64,000 bases of DNA from an uncultured Candidatus Bathyarchaeia archaeon (GCA_964463005.1 CAYWZZ010000001.1:30952-94951), one strand, 5' to 3'; counted from the first letter of the stretch, positions 9,862 to 20,502 are shown. The notes: generated from the sequence alone by a model not told the origin. Translations and numbers: made by a program.

Positions 9862-10927
9862 CGTGATGGTTTTAGGAGCGACTGGAGTAGTAGGTCAGCA
9901 GTTTCTAGTAGCTTTAGCAAATCATCCCTGGTTTAACGTAGTTAAACTCATAGCTTCACAGAGATCAGCTGGTAAAAAGTACATAGAAGCGATCAGAGAT
10001 GAGTCTACCGGTTCCATCAGATGGTATTGCGATGAAGCGTTACCTGAGCAGTTTAAAGATGTGATTGTTGAAGCTTTTGAGGATAGTACGTTAAAGGATG
10101 TTGACCTAGTTTTTTCAGCTGTAGAATCAGATGTAGCTAGAGAAATTGAGCCGAAAATAGCTAGAGAAAAACCTGTAATAAGTACAGCTTCTGCATTTAG
10201 GTATGAAGAAGATGTCCCCCTCATGATTCCAGGTGTAAACGATGAACATTCTGCTCTAATAGAAGAGCAGAGACGTAGGAGAGGATGGAATGGATTTATA
10301 ACCCCAATACCCAATTGTACTACAACGGGTTTAGCGATAACACTTAAGCCAATTATGGATAGGTTTGGAATTAAACTCGTCTTAATGACATCTATGCAAG
10401 CACTCTCTGGAGCTGGCAGGTCTCCGGGGGTCATAGGGTTGGATATTTTAGACAACATAATCCCCTATATACCTAAGGAGGAGGAGAAGGTTCAAACAGA
10501 GGTTTTAAAGATACTAGGTAGTTATGACGGGAAGACTGTTCGACCAGCAGACTTCAGAGTGAGCTGTACATGTACAAGAGTCAATGTTAGAGATGGACAT
10601 ACTGAAAGCGTCTTTCTTTCGTTAAAGGAAAAAGCGAGCGTTGAAGAATTTAAGAGGACTTTAAGGGAATTTAAAGGTTGCTCAAATATGGGTTTACCTT
10701 CAGCTCCTAAGAGGATGATTATAGTTCATGACGACCCTTACAGGCCTCAGCCCAGACTTGACAGAAACTCAGAAGGGGGAATGGCTACAGTTGTTGGAAG
10801 GGTTAGAGAAGACCCTGCTCTAGAAAACGGTATAAAGTATATACTGTTATCTCATAATACTAAAATGGGGGCTGCGAAAGGCGCAGTCCTCTTAGCTGAA
10901 CTCCTATATAAAAAGGGGTTTATATGA
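9848..10927 (+). CDS. asd: Aspartate-semialdehyde dehydrogenase
   Basis: MINVMVLGATGVVGQQF NAD(P)-binding N-term, 359 aa. Overlaps the lysC stop. Confidence 0.85.
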   Translation: MEMINVMVLGATGVVGQQFLVALANHPWFNVVKLIASQRSAGKKYIEAIRDESTGSIRWYCDEALPEQFKDVIVEAFEDSTLKDVDLVFSAVESDVAREIEPKIAREKPVISTASAFRYEEDVPLMIPGVNDEHSALIEEQRRRRGWNGFITPIPNCTTTGLAITLKPIMDRFGIKLVLMTSMQALSGAGRSPGVIGLDILDNIIPYIPKEEEKVQTEVLKILGSYDGKTVRPADFRVSCTCTRVNVRDGHTESVFLSLKEKASVEEFKRTLREFKGCSNMGLPSAPKRMIIVHDDPYRPQPRLDRNSEGGMATVVGRVREDPALENGIKYILLSHNTKMGAAKGAVLLAELLYKKGFI

Positions 10928-10968
10928 CGCTAAAGGGGGTGGTTTAACTGATCGGAAAAATTAGGAGG

Positions 10969-11733
10969 TTGTCTAGAATATTTAGAAGTGATGGAAAAAC
11001 CGTGATAGTACCGATGGATCATGGCGTAACCCTTGGACCCATCGTTGGCATTGAGAACATTTCTAAGATTGTTGAAAAGCTTAAGAAGGGTGGTGCCGAT
11101 GCCGTACTTGTCCATAAGGGATGGGCTAGATTGATAGATACGAGGGGAATATCGCTGATTCTTCACATGTCAGCGAGTACAACGCTTGGACCTGATCCAG
11201 ATTGGAAAGTAGCAGTAGCCTCTGTAAAAGAGGCCGTGGCACTGGGTGCCGATGGAATTTCCATACATATAAATATTGGATGTGAAAAAGAGCCTGAAAT
11301 GCTGAGCTTACTAGGTGCTGTTTCAGAATCTTGCGAAGACTGGGGTATGCCTCTTCTAGTCATGGCATATCCTAGAGGACCTAAAATATCAAATCAACAT
11401 GATCCTGAACTCGTCTCGCATGCAGCTAGAGTAGCGGCAGAACTAGGGGCTGATGTTGTTAAAACAAATTACACTGGAAGTGTTGAAAGTTTTAGAAGAG
11501 TCGTTAATGGATGCCCTATTCCAGTCGTCATAGCGGGTGGGCCTAAGGTAAATTCAGACAGGGAATTGCTTAACATGATTAAAAGCTCTATAGATTCAGG
11601 TGGAGCTGGTGTTTCCATTGGTAGAAATATCTTTCAGCATGAAAAGCCTGACCTTATAACTAAAGCGATAGTAGGCATTGTTCACGATGGGATGGACGTT
11701 GAAGATGCTATGAAAATACTACATGGCGGTTAG
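10969..11733 (+). CDS. aroA': 2-amino-3,7-dideoxy-D-threo-hept-6-ulosonate (ADH) synthase / class I (DhnA-type) aldolase
   Basis: RIFRSDGKTVIVPMDHG...ADAVL class-I aldolase (DhnA/FbaB) signature. It sits directly upstream of DHQ synthase II, the arrangement of the archaeal alternative DHQ pathway. Confidence 0.7.
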   Translation: MSRIFRSDGKTVIVPMDHGVTLGPIVGIENISKIVEKLKKGGADAVLVHKGWARLIDTRGISLILHMSASTTLGPDPDWKVAVASVKEAVALGADGISIHINIGCEKEPEMLSLLGAVSESCEDWGMPLLVMAYPRGPKISNQHDPELVSHAARVAAELGADVVKTNYTGSVESFRRVVNGCPIPVVIAGGPKVNSDRELLNMIKSSIDSGGAGVSIGRNIFQHEKPDLITKAIVGIVHDGMDVEDAMKILHGG

Positions 11734-11736
11734 AAC

Positions 11737-12780
11737 TTGAGTAAGGAACTTTGGGTTAAATTGAGGGAAGATCAGAGAAATTTAGGAGAATTTATCGATG
11801 AAGTTAAAGAATTTGTCGATTTTTTCCTAATTTCCGACTGGAAGCTTATATCTAAAGATAAACCACCAAATGTTAAAGTAGTATCGAAAACTGGTGGAGA
11901 TTTAAAACTTATAGACCGTGTAGATGAAGCTTCTCCAGGCTCATGTTTAACAGTGGAAGTCTCTAGTAGAGAGGATGAATGGAAGATACTTGAAGGGTCA
12001 AATAGGGGATGTAATTATGTCATAATCAAATGTTTGAACTGGAAAATTATACCTTTAGAGAACGTCGTGGCTAGACTTCATGGAAAGACAAAGATAATAG
12101 CTGAAGCTTCGAGTGTAGAAGAGGCTGAAACCCTAATTAACGTCTTGGAAGTTGGGGTGGACGGCGTTTTAGTGGAAAACGTAAACCCTGAGGATATTAG
12201 AAGGCTTAGTAGAGCTATTAGAAAGAGAGCTAACCGCTTAGAGTTGAAAAGTGCAAAGATAGTACTTATTAAACCCGTTAAACTTGGAGCACGGGTATGT
12301 TTAGATACATGTGATCTTTTAAGTGAAGGAGAAGGTGTCCTAGTAGGATGTCAATCATCAGGGCTTTTTCTAGTAGAGGCTGAAGTTCATGGAAATCCAT
12401 ATGTGGAAGCCAGACCATTCAGAGTAAATGCAGGACCACCAGCACTCTACATACTTGTTCCAGAAGGTAAGACTAGATATTTATCTGAGCTTAAAGCCGG
12501 AGATACCATTTTAACTGTTAAAAGGGATGGAACCTTCAGAGAAGTTGAGCTGTGTAGGGTCAAAATAGAGTGGAGACCTCTCAAACTAGTTGAAGTCGAA
12601 TATGCTGGTGCGATCTATAAAACCGTCGTGCAGGATGCTGAAACCGTAAGGTTTGTGACTAGCGATGGGTCTAAATCCATAACTGATCTTAAAATTGGTG
12701 ATGAAGTTCTCCTATATACTCAAGAGGGGGGTAGACATTTCGGAACACTTGTGAAATCTGAGAGGATAATCGAAAGATGA
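11737..12780 (+). CDS. aroB': 3-dehydroquinate synthase II (archaeal type)
   Basis: 347 aa in an operonic position between the aldolase homolog and aroD. Length and context fit DHQS-II. Confidence 0.75.
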   Translation: MSKELWVKLREDQRNLGEFIDEVKEFVDFFLISDWKLISKDKPPNVKVVSKTGGDLKLIDRVDEASPGSCLTVEVSSREDEWKILEGSNRGCNYVIIKCLNWKIIPLENVVARLHGKTKIIAEASSVEEAETLINVLEVGVDGVLVENVNPEDIRRLSRAIRKRANRLELKSAKIVLIKPVKLGARVCLDTCDLLSEGEGVLVGCQSSGLFLVEAEVHGNPYVEARPFRVNAGPPALYILVPEGKTRYLSELKAGDTILTVKRDGTFREVELCRVKIEWRPLKLVEVEYAGAIYKTVVQDAETVRFVTSDGSKSITDLKIGDEVLLYTQEGGRHFGTLVKSERIIER

Positions 12781-12790
12781 GGCGTTAAGC

Positions 12791-13486
12791 TTGATTAAAA
12801 CCTATAGGATATGTGTACCTGTAAAAGCTGAAGATGTACACAGTGCCATTAAGATGATTATGGAAGCTGAAGAACTTATGGTGGATTTCATAGAGGTTAG
12901 AATGGATTATATGAAGAATATTGGCAATTTGTCAGATATCACGGGTTCAACGAATACTCCACTTATAGCTACGTTCAGACCTAAAAGACAAGGAGGGTTA
13001 TTCGATGGTAAAGATGAAGAGAGGATTAAAGTGTTAGAGAGGTCTATTAACGCTGGTTTCGAATACATAGATTTAGAGCTCGATACGAGTGGATTAGATA
13101 AAACAGTTGAAGATTTTAAGAGTATGGGAGTAAAACTCATAATTTCCCATCATGATCTTAACCGTACCCCGACTATTCTAGAGCTTAGATGGCTTCTCTC
13201 AAGAGAATTGAGTCATGAGCCCGATATATGTAAATTGGTCACTTACGCCAACAATCTAGAAGATAACTTGATGTGTTTAAAGTTCTTATCAAGATTTAGT
13301 AGAAATGTGAAGTTGGTCTGCTTCGCCATGGGTGAATTGGGTTTGATATCTAGAATTTTAAGTCCACTTTACGGTGGATTCTTTACATTTGCCTCCTTGA
13401 AGAAAGGATTGGAAACAGCTCCAAGTCAGCTCACCGTTGATGAATTAAGAACCATCGTTAAGGTTATGGAGGCTGTTGGATTTTGA
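12791..13486 (+). CDS. aroD: 3-dehydroquinate dehydratase, type I
   Basis: 231 aa, type-I DHQase-like, within the aro operon. Confidence 0.8.
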   Translation: MIKTYRICVPVKAEDVHSAIKMIMEAEELMVDFIEVRMDYMKNIGNLSDITGSTNTPLIATFRPKRQGGLFDGKDEERIKVLERSINAGFEYIDLELDTSGLDKTVEDFKSMGVKLIISHHDLNRTPTILELRWLLSRELSHEPDICKLVTYANNLEDNLMCLKFLSRFSRNVKLVCFAMGELGLISRILSPLYGGFFTFASLKKGLETAPSQLTVDELRTIVKVMEAVGF

Positions 13487-14349
13487 ATATGGATGGCAGA
13501 ACGGGGCTTTTATGTCTCATAGGAGACCCTGTTGATCATTCTCTAAGCCCTTTAATGCATAATATCGCTTTGAGAGAGCTTGGTTTAAATTACGTTTACA
13601 TGGCGTTTAGAGTGACTAAAGATAAACTTAGTCAAGTTGTTGAGGCTTTCAAAGTCATAGGTGTTAGGGGGTTTAACGTAACGATGCCTTTAAAGAAGGA
13701 CATAATACGCGTTTTAGATGAAGTAGACAGTAAGGCGTTGAAAATAGGCGCCGTCAATACTGTAGCGAACAGATCTGGAAGATTTATCGGATTCAACACC
13801 GACGGTATAGGTGCCATCAAAGCGCTGGAGAAAAATAACGTTAAACTGGATGGAGTTTATGTAGTTCTATTAGGCGCAGGCAATACGGGTAGGGCAATAG
13901 CGTATGCCTTGATGGATAGAGACTGCAACATAGCTATACTTAATAGAACTGTTGAAAGATCCAAGATGTTAGCAATGGAGATTTCTAACGGAAATGCCAG
14001 AGTTGAATGGGGATCTTTAACTGAAGAATCGCTAAGAATTCATCTTTCAAAAGCGGATGTCGTTATAAATTCTACGTCTGTTGGAATGAAGCCTATGGAC
14101 AATGAAACGCCCATTCCTAAAGATTTATTGAGAAGGGATCTCATAGTTTTTGACATCGTTTACAGTCCTCTTGAAACAAGACTTTTAAAAGAAGCTAGAG
14201 AAGTAGGCGCTCAAACAATAGATGGGTTGGAGATGCTTTTAAATCAAGGCTTAGAATCCTTCAAAATATGGTTTGGAGTATATCCTCCAATTGAACGTAT
14301 TGTAAATGCTCTAGAAAATGTTAGAAGGGGATATTTTGCCAGTAGGTAA
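13483..14349 (+). CDS. aroE: Shikimate dehydrogenase
   Basis: LCLIGDPVDHSLSPLMHN and LLGAGNTGRAIAYAL motifs. Confidence 0.85.
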   Translation: MNMDGRTGLLCLIGDPVDHSLSPLMHNIALRELGLNYVYMAFRVTKDKLSQVVEAFKVIGVRGFNVTMPLKKDIIRVLDEVDSKALKIGAVNTVANRSGRFIGFNTDGIGAIKALEKNNVKLDGVYVVLLGAGNTGRAIAYALMDRDCNIAILNRTVERSKMLAMEISNGNARVEWGSLTEESLRIHLSKADVVINSTSVGMKPMDNETPIPKDLLRRDLIVFDIVYSPLETRLLKEAREVGAQTIDGLEMLLNQGLESFKIWFGVYPPIERIVNALENVRRGYFASR

Positions 14350-15205
14350 GGCTGTAGCTTACGGTGCTGTTACAGTCGTTAACGCCTTGGCTACGGGCAG
14401 GGGATCTGCTTTAGGTATAAATCTCTGGACTAAAGCGACAGTTAAGCTTACAGATAAACCGGGCGTCGTGGATGGAGTTATAGTGTCAGACCATATGGAA
14501 GATAAAACGCTTATGGAAAAATGTGTTTTAAAGGTTCTAAGGAAATTTAATCTCGATGGAGTTTATGGTGCATACGTTGAAACGATATCGAATATACCGA
14601 TAGCTAGGGGATTGAAGAGTAGCAGTGTTGCTTCTAATGCTATAGTTTTAGCTACTCTTGACGCTCTGAATGAAGAATTATCAGATGACGAAGTGCTTAA
14701 ACTGAGTGTTGAAGCCTGTATTGAAGCTGGTGTGACAGTCACGGGAGCGTTAGATGATGCGTCGGCTTCATACTTGGGAGGGATGACGGTTACGGATAAT
14801 AGAGCTATGAAGATATTGAAACGGTTTGAAATAGATGAGGATATCAAGGTTTTAATTCACGTCCCTACGTTTAAACGATACACAACTAGGGTGGACTTAT
14901 CTAAGCTTAAACTCATGTCTGAAGAGTTGGACATAGCCTTTAGAGAAGCCATGGAAGGGAGATGGAAGACTGCGATGGTGTTGAACGGTTTAATATGCTG
15001 CTCGGCTTTAGACTACAGCATCAAACCAGTTTTAAATGCTTTAGAAGTTGGAGCATTAGCATCCGGGTTATCCGGTAAGGGGCCAGCTATCGTTGCATTA
15101 ACATATCAAGACTCCGTAGATTCCATAAAAAAGGCTTGGAGCAATTTAGATGGACAATTGATAGAAACGTCTGTTAACAACAGAAAAGCCCATACGTTGG
15201 AGTGA
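14318..15205 (+). CDS. aroK: Shikimate kinase, archaeal GHMP-kinase type
   Basis: GHMP-kinase glycine-rich loop (IPIARGLKSSS). Positioned between aroE and aroA. Confidence 0.8.
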   Translation: MLEGDILPVGKAVAYGAVTVVNALATGRGSALGINLWTKATVKLTDKPGVVDGVIVSDHMEDKTLMEKCVLKVLRKFNLDGVYGAYVETISNIPIARGLKSSSVASNAIVLATLDALNEELSDDEVLKLSVEACIEAGVTVTGALDDASASYLGGMTVTDNRAMKILKRFEIDEDIKVLIHVPTFKRYTTRVDLSKLKLMSEELDIAFREAMEGRWKTAMVLNGLICCSALDYSIKPVLNALEVGALASGLSGKGPAIVALTYQDSVDSIKKAWSNLDGQLIETSVNNRKAHTLE

Positions 15206-16503
15206 CGATTATGATTACCATTATAAGGAGAAGCTACATCGATGGCGTTTTAAACGCGCCTCCGTCAAAATCTCAAACCCATAGATTTTACATAGCAGCC
15301 ATGTTATCTACCGGGGAAAGCGTTATCGAACGGCCTTCCATATGTTCGGATACAAAAGCTACTCTAGACGCTATTAAACGTATGGGATGCGCAGTTACAG
15401 CTGAAAAGTCTACCGTGAGAATATTAAGTGATGGGATGCCCAAGCCTCCTGAAGATATTATAAATTGTCACGGTTCTGGGACGACATTAAGAATCCTAAC
15501 TGCAGTATCCTCTCTAGCATCCGGTATGACTATTCTTACGGGGAATAAATCTCTAAAACGGAGGCCAATGCGTCCCCTACTTAATGCCCTCAGAAAGCTA
15601 GGGGTTGTATGTTATTCTGCTCCTAATGAAAAACCACCGATAGCTGTCATAGGTGGAACTATTAAGGCTGGATGCGTGGAGATCGGCGGCGACTTAAGCT
15701 CACAATACGTATCAGGTTTATTATTCACCCTCACTAAAGTCAATGGTAAATCTAACATCAGATTGACTACTCCACTTGTTTCAAAGCCCTACGTCGACAT
15801 GACTATCGATGTTCTACGTATGTGTAACGTAGACGTTTATGTTTCCAAAAACTATAGAATGTTCGAATTAAACGGCCCCGCTGATTTTAAACCATTTAGA
15901 TGCATTGTTGAGGGTGATTATTCGTCAGCGGCTATGTTTATTGTTGCAGCAGCCATTACTGGAGGGAGGGTGAGGATTAATAACCTTAGAAGAGGAAGTC
16001 TTCAAGCAGATAAAGCCATAATAGACGTCATTAAGACAATTGGATGTCAAGTAGAAATTGGAAACGATTACGTAGTCGTCGAAGGAACCTTAGATGCTTT
16101 AGAGCCGTTTGAATTCGATGCAACAGATAGCCCGGATCTCGTACCCCCACTTGCAGTTTTAGCATCCTCTTGCAGAGGAGCGTCTACAATTAAAGGAATT
16201 TCAAGGTTAAGGTTTAAGGAGTCTAATAGAGTCGAAGCTTTAACTTCTCAACTATCTAAAATGGGGGTGAAGATCGAAGCCTATGATGATTGTATGCGAA
16301 TTTATGGATCTTCAAAGATCAAAGGTGCTGTTATAAATCCGTATGGTGATCATAGAATAGCAATGGCATGTTCAATAATGGCTTTAAAGGCCGAGGGCGA
16401 AACGGTCATAAGAGACGCTTTGTGTGTGAAAAAATCTTATCCAGAGTTCTTCACCGATCTAGCTAAACTCGGAGCACAAGTAGAATTGAGAAGACGGCTA
16501 TGA
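15202..16503 (+). CDS. aroA: 3-phosphoshikimate 1-carboxyvinyltransferase (EPSP synthase)
   Basis: PPSKSQTHRF...GSGTTLR...DHRIAMA motifs, 433 aa. Confidence 0.9.
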   Translation: MTIMITIIRRSYIDGVLNAPPSKSQTHRFYIAAMLSTGESVIERPSICSDTKATLDAIKRMGCAVTAEKSTVRILSDGMPKPPEDIINCHGSGTTLRILTAVSSLASGMTILTGNKSLKRRPMRPLLNALRKLGVVCYSAPNEKPPIAVIGGTIKAGCVEIGGDLSSQYVSGLLFTLTKVNGKSNIRLTTPLVSKPYVDMTIDVLRMCNVDVYVSKNYRMFELNGPADFKPFRCIVEGDYSSAAMFIVAAAITGGRVRINNLRRGSLQADKAIIDVIKTIGCQVEIGNDYVVVEGTLDALEPFEFDATDSPDLVPPLAVLASSCRGASTIKGISRLRFKESNRVEALTSQLSKMGVKIEAYDDCMRIYGSSKIKGAVINPYGDHRIAMACSIMALKAEGETVIRDALCVKKSYPEFFTDLAKLGAQVELRRRL

Positions 16504-16522
16504 CGACATGTTGTAACAATTT

Positions 16523-17275
16523 TTAAAATGTTGAAGCCACTATAAGGCCGTAGTTTTTCTTAACGTCTTTGAGAGTGCTTACAAACGCTCTCAGAAGGGA
16601 GTTTAAAACAGTAGCTGGATATGGAGAGAGAGCTACTTTAGACCAATCCACGTAAAGCTTAGTTGGAGGGTTTTCGATAACGCATTTTCCAATTTCAGCT
16701 TCACCTTTCATCAATTTCTCAACGTACTCATTGCAGTTAGTATAGCCGCATCTTTCACAATCCAATTTAGGCAATTTTGAGATGTACTCTTCAATGATAA
16801 ACTGTAAGATTTCATTCATGACGTTTTCACCTTCAACATTGACGAAACGAGCGTTAGGATATAGTTTGAAGGATGCTTCTCTAATGTCTTCAGGGCCTAT
16901 TATCATTTTTACAAGAGATCTATCTAAATCTATGTTAAGATGCTCTTCTCTTAATGCCGTTAAGATCTTAGGATATGGAGAGCTTTTAAATCCTTCATAA
17001 AGGATTACATGCGGGTTCAAGATATCTAAAAGTGCATCTAAATTGAAGCCGCGATTGAATAACAACACATTATCGTATGGCGATTGGTATGCTATCGCCA
17101 GGGGCTTTGAATTTAAGAGCCTAGCAGTACTCTTAATAGTCAAATCTATTCTTTCGTGAGAATGCTTAACTACAACTACTCTAAGCTCTCTTGAAGCCAA
17201 CATCCTAATTATGGAAGCTAATAGCCTAGTCTTACCTGTTCCCTTAAAACCTACCACGCAGATTCTTAAAACCAT
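16523..17275 (-). CDS. MobB-like P-loop NTPase fused to C-terminal Fe-S cluster-binding (CxxCGxxxC) domain
   Basis: N-term VVGFKGTGKTRL Walker A resembling MobB. C-term CERCGYTNC...GKC resembles the CxxCGxxxC Fe-S motif found in RACo/CFeSP-type proteins. Confidence 0.5.
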   Translation of the reverse strand: MVLRICVVGFKGTGKTRLLASIIRMLASRELRVVVVKHSHERIDLTIKSTARLLNSKPLAIAYQSPYDNVLLFNRGFNLDALLDILNPHVILYEGFKSSPYPKILTALREEHLNIDLDRSLVKMIIGPEDIREASFKLYPNARFVNVEGENVMNEILQFIIEEYISKLPKLDCERCGYTNCNEYVEKLMKGEAEIGKCVIENPPTKLYVDWSKVALSPYPATVLNSLLRAFVSTLKDVKKNYGLIVASTF

Positions 17276-17301
17276 GATCGATCTGAAAGCTGACTGGAAA
17301 C

Positions 17302-17937
17302 TTAAATAGCAGATTCCTCAACTTTCGCTTCGAAGTCTTCGGGTTTAAGTGGGAGATCCCCATCCTTAGGAATCACTCCTTTAACCCTCAGGAATTCTCT
17401 AGCTAGAAGCCAGAAAACCATGGCTAAGGCTCTTCTACCCTTATTGTTCACTGGTATGACTAAATCAACATTCTTAAACAAGTTGTCTGTATCGCACAGT
17501 GCTACAACTGGTATTCCGATCATAGACGCTTCTCTAACGGCCTGCTCATCCGCATTTGGATCTGAAACAAGTAAAACCTCAGGCTCAATGTAATATTTGA
17601 GGGAGGGGTTTGTAAAAATGCCTGGCAGAAACCTTCCAACAAGAGGCGTCGTATGCGTAAGTTCGCAAAACTTTAAGACAGGCATTCTAGCGTACAGTTT
17701 GGTTGATGCAACAACTATCTTTTCAGGAGGCTCAAATCTAGCGAGGAACATAGCCGCTAGCTTAATTCTCTCACACGTCTTGGCAATATCTAAGACGCAT
17801 AATCCATCTGGTCTGACTTTAAAGATAAAAAGCTTCATATGTCCAGTTTTAATTCTAGTACCTATTTGAATACCATATGGCAATAGTACCTCAAGAGGTA
17901 ATAGAAGCTCCTCTTTTGATTCATATTCATCGGACAT
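17302..17937 (-). CDS. rps2: 30S ribosomal protein S2 (uS2)
   Basis: Characteristic archaeal uS2 sequence, found downstream of eno. Confidence 0.9.
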   Translation of the reverse strand: MSDEYESKEELLLPLEVLLPYGIQIGTRIKTGHMKLFIFKVRPDGLCVLDIAKTCERIKLAAMFLARFEPPEKIVVASTKLYARMPVLKFCELTHTTPLVGRFLPGIFTNPSLKYYIEPEVLLVSDPNADEQAVREASMIGIPVVALCDTDNLFKNVDLVIPVNNKGRRALAMVFWLLAREFLRVKGVIPKDGDLPLKPEDFEAKVEESAI

Positions 17938-19193
17938 TATTTTACACCTACTTTATGCATAGATGCTTGACTTCCCATGTGTTCTTCAATCCTAAGAAAT
18001 TCGTTTATCTTAGCTATCCTCTCCCCGCCTAATACACCTATTTTAACTATGGGGCAGTTAAATGCTACCGCTAAGTGAGCTAAATGTCCGTCAACGGTCT
18101 CACCGGATCTGTGTGAGAATACCGTTATATACCCGTGTTTCTGCGCTAGTTTTGTGGCTTCGTAAGCATCTGTTATCGTACCTATCTGGTTTGGCTTTAT
18201 TATCACGGTGTTTCCAGCACGCATATCTATGCCTTTCTTAAGCCTTTCTACGTTTGTAACGAATATATCGTCTCCGCATATCATACATTTATCTCCAACT
18301 TTCTCCGTAAGTTCTCTAAAACCTTCAAAATCTTCTTCATGGAGTGGATCTTCGACATATACCAACTTATACTTATCTATACATTCGAGGATGTAGTCTA
18401 TTTGTTCACCCTTGCTCAAGGGCTTACCGTACTTGTACATGTACTTGCCTTTTTCCTCATCCCAGAATGAAGAAGATGCTAAATCAACGCCAAACCTTAT
18501 TTCAAAACCAAGCTTTTCTGATGCACGTTTAACTGCTTCAGCTACTGCTTCAAATGCCTCGTCATTGCTTAGTCTAGGAGCCCAAGCACCTTCATCTCCC
18601 CTTCCTCCAAAGAAGGGGATATTTCTCTCCTCTAAAACCCTACGAAGAGCTCTGTGAACTTCACGATTGCCGATATAAGCTTCTTCAAATTTCTTAGCTC
18701 CTACTGAAAGTATCAGGTATTCTTGTATATCTGGACAACCTTCACCAGTGTGTTTACCTCCACCTAGCACATTGCCTAGAGGGTATGGAAGATTTTTAAT
18801 CATAGTTCCACCTATATGCTGATACATTGGTATTCCGAGAGTTTTTGATGCAGCATCTGCTACCGCTAAGGATACGGCATACGCTGTATTTCCGCCTATT
18901 TTTGAGAAGTTGTTTGTCCCATCGATCTCTCTTAAAGCCTTATCGATATCTATCTGATTTGAGGCATCTAAACCTATTAGCCTTGGCTTGACTAGCATTA
19001 GTACTCTCCTCACGGCTTCTTCAACTCCACCTTCAGGATATGATACAGCCTCCCATTTACCCTTACTGGCTCCCGCTGGTGCTGAAGCTCTGCCGACGGC
19101 TTTACGGGTATATACCTCGACTTCTATAGTTTCTGATCCTCTACTGTCGAAAATTTTCCTAGCTTTCAAATCTACGATACATGTTTCACTCAT
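17937..19193 (-). CDS. eno: Enolase
   Basis: [27 protein letters not shown]... Start set at the MSET methionine; the longer ORF (to 19235) would run into rpoN. Confidence 0.9.
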   Translation of the reverse strand: MSETCIVDLKARKIFDSRGSETIEVEVYTRKAVGRASAPAGASKGKWEAVSYPEGGVEEAVRRVLMLVKPRLIGLDASNQIDIDKALREIDGTNNFSKIGGNTAYAVSLAVADAASKTLGIPMYQHIGGTMIKNLPYPLGNVLGGGKHTGEGCPDIQEYLILSVGAKKFEEAYIGNREVHRALRRVLEERNIPFFGGRGDEGAWAPRLSNDEAFEAVAEAVKRASEKLGFEIRFGVDLASSSFWDEEKGKYMYKYGKPLSKGEQIDYILECIDKYKLVYVEDPLHEEDFEGFRELTEKVGDKCMICGDDIFVTNVERLKKGIDMRAGNTVIIKPNQIGTITDAYEATKLAQKHGYITVFSHRSGETVDGHLAHLAVAFNCPIVKIGVLGGERIAKINEFLRIEEHMGSQASMHKVGVK

Positions 19194-19401
19194 TACTAAT
19201 ACTCCTCCTGACCATGAAGTATTGAAGGATATCATCTATTACTTCAACGTGAGATATCAATACAGACCTACAACAATACCTTTTAACACCTAAATCGTCT
19301 AAAACCTTACCTGGGTCTTCACCAGCATCAACTCTACGCTTAAACTCTTCCCATTTATCTCCTATAATTGCCCCGCAGGTGAAACATCTAATAGGAATCA
19401 T
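19186..19401 (-). CDS. rpoN: DNA-directed RNA polymerase subunit N (Rpo10)
   Basis: [10 protein letters not shown]...YCCR zinc-binding motif. Confidence 0.85.
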   Translation of the reverse strand: MIPIRCFTCGAIIGDKWEEFKRRVDAGEDPGKVLDDLGVKRYCCRSVLISHVEVIDDILQYFMVRRSISNE

Positions 19402-19466
19402 CCCCATGAAATATCCCTCAAATCTCCAGAAAGATCAGATATTTAAGTTTGTCCCCGATTTTAATG

Positions 19467-20229
19467 CTATTCTACTTTAAAGTTTCTCTTTAGGTATTCC
19501 AAAGCGAATTTAGCACTTTCAATTGAATCCATACTCGGTATATCGTTCTCAACTATATACCATTCTACTCCGGATGATTCGCAAGCTTTAACTACAGCTT
19601 TAAAATCTATCACGCCACATCCAAGCTCGATAAATCCTTTACTAACCCTATCCTTCATATCTTTAAGATGGACTAGAAAACACCTGTTTTTAAGAGCTTT
19701 TATAACTTCACAAGGGTCATACCCTGCATAATAGATCCAATAAACGTCTAGTTGGAAGAACACGTATGATGGGTCTGTGTTTTTAACAAGTATATCGTAT
19801 ATAGGGGTTCCATCAATCTTTCTCTCAAATTCTACAGCGTGATTATGCATACCAAACTTCAAACCATAATTCTCGGCGTCTTTACCTATGGAATTCATCT
19901 TCTCAGCTACTTTAAACACATAAACTTAAATCGTTGATACGTCTTACATCCGGCTCGGAAACCACATATTTAAGCCCGAGTTTATAAGCATAGTTGAAAA
20001 CAGTACTCCGCTTGTTGGATTCTATTACGTCAAAACTGACGTGGGTTGAGATCGGTTTAAGGTCGATTTGACCAAGAAATACTCTAAGCTCATCAACATC
20101 CGCTGTTAAAAATGGATGACCCGCGAATTCAACAAATCTATACCCGGATTCTCTAACCATGCGAAGAGCGTATCTATAATCCCTAGAGACCTTGTCCCTT
20201 ACAGTATAAAGTTGGAGGGCGACCTTCAT
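19467..20229 (-). pseudogene. Sugar phosphate isomerase/epimerase (xylose isomerase-like TIM barrel), split by a frameshift near 19912-19919
   Basis: ORF 19912-20229 encodes the N-terminal half (ALQLYTVRD...) and ORF 19467-19919 the C-terminal half (...GMHNHAVEFE...HLKD...). Removing one T from the AGTTTATG run would fuse them. Confidence 0.6.
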
Positions 20230-20502
20230 ATTCCAACCGAACCTTTAATACCGGAAAGTCTTTAAAAAGCATTGCCTTTTGAACACATTAAGTCTTCTTT
20301 CACGATATCATTATGTTTTAGTAGAGACAAATCCTCTATACGAAATACGAATATTTGTTAAACAACTTGTAAAGAGGAAGTGTATAGATGGTGGTGATCA
20401 CCCGTATGAAAATTCAACGATATACAAACATATTGGGAAAAATCTTTGGAAGATTTATCCAAAAGCTAGAAATGCCCCCACTTTAAACCAGCTTGCAATA
20501 AG

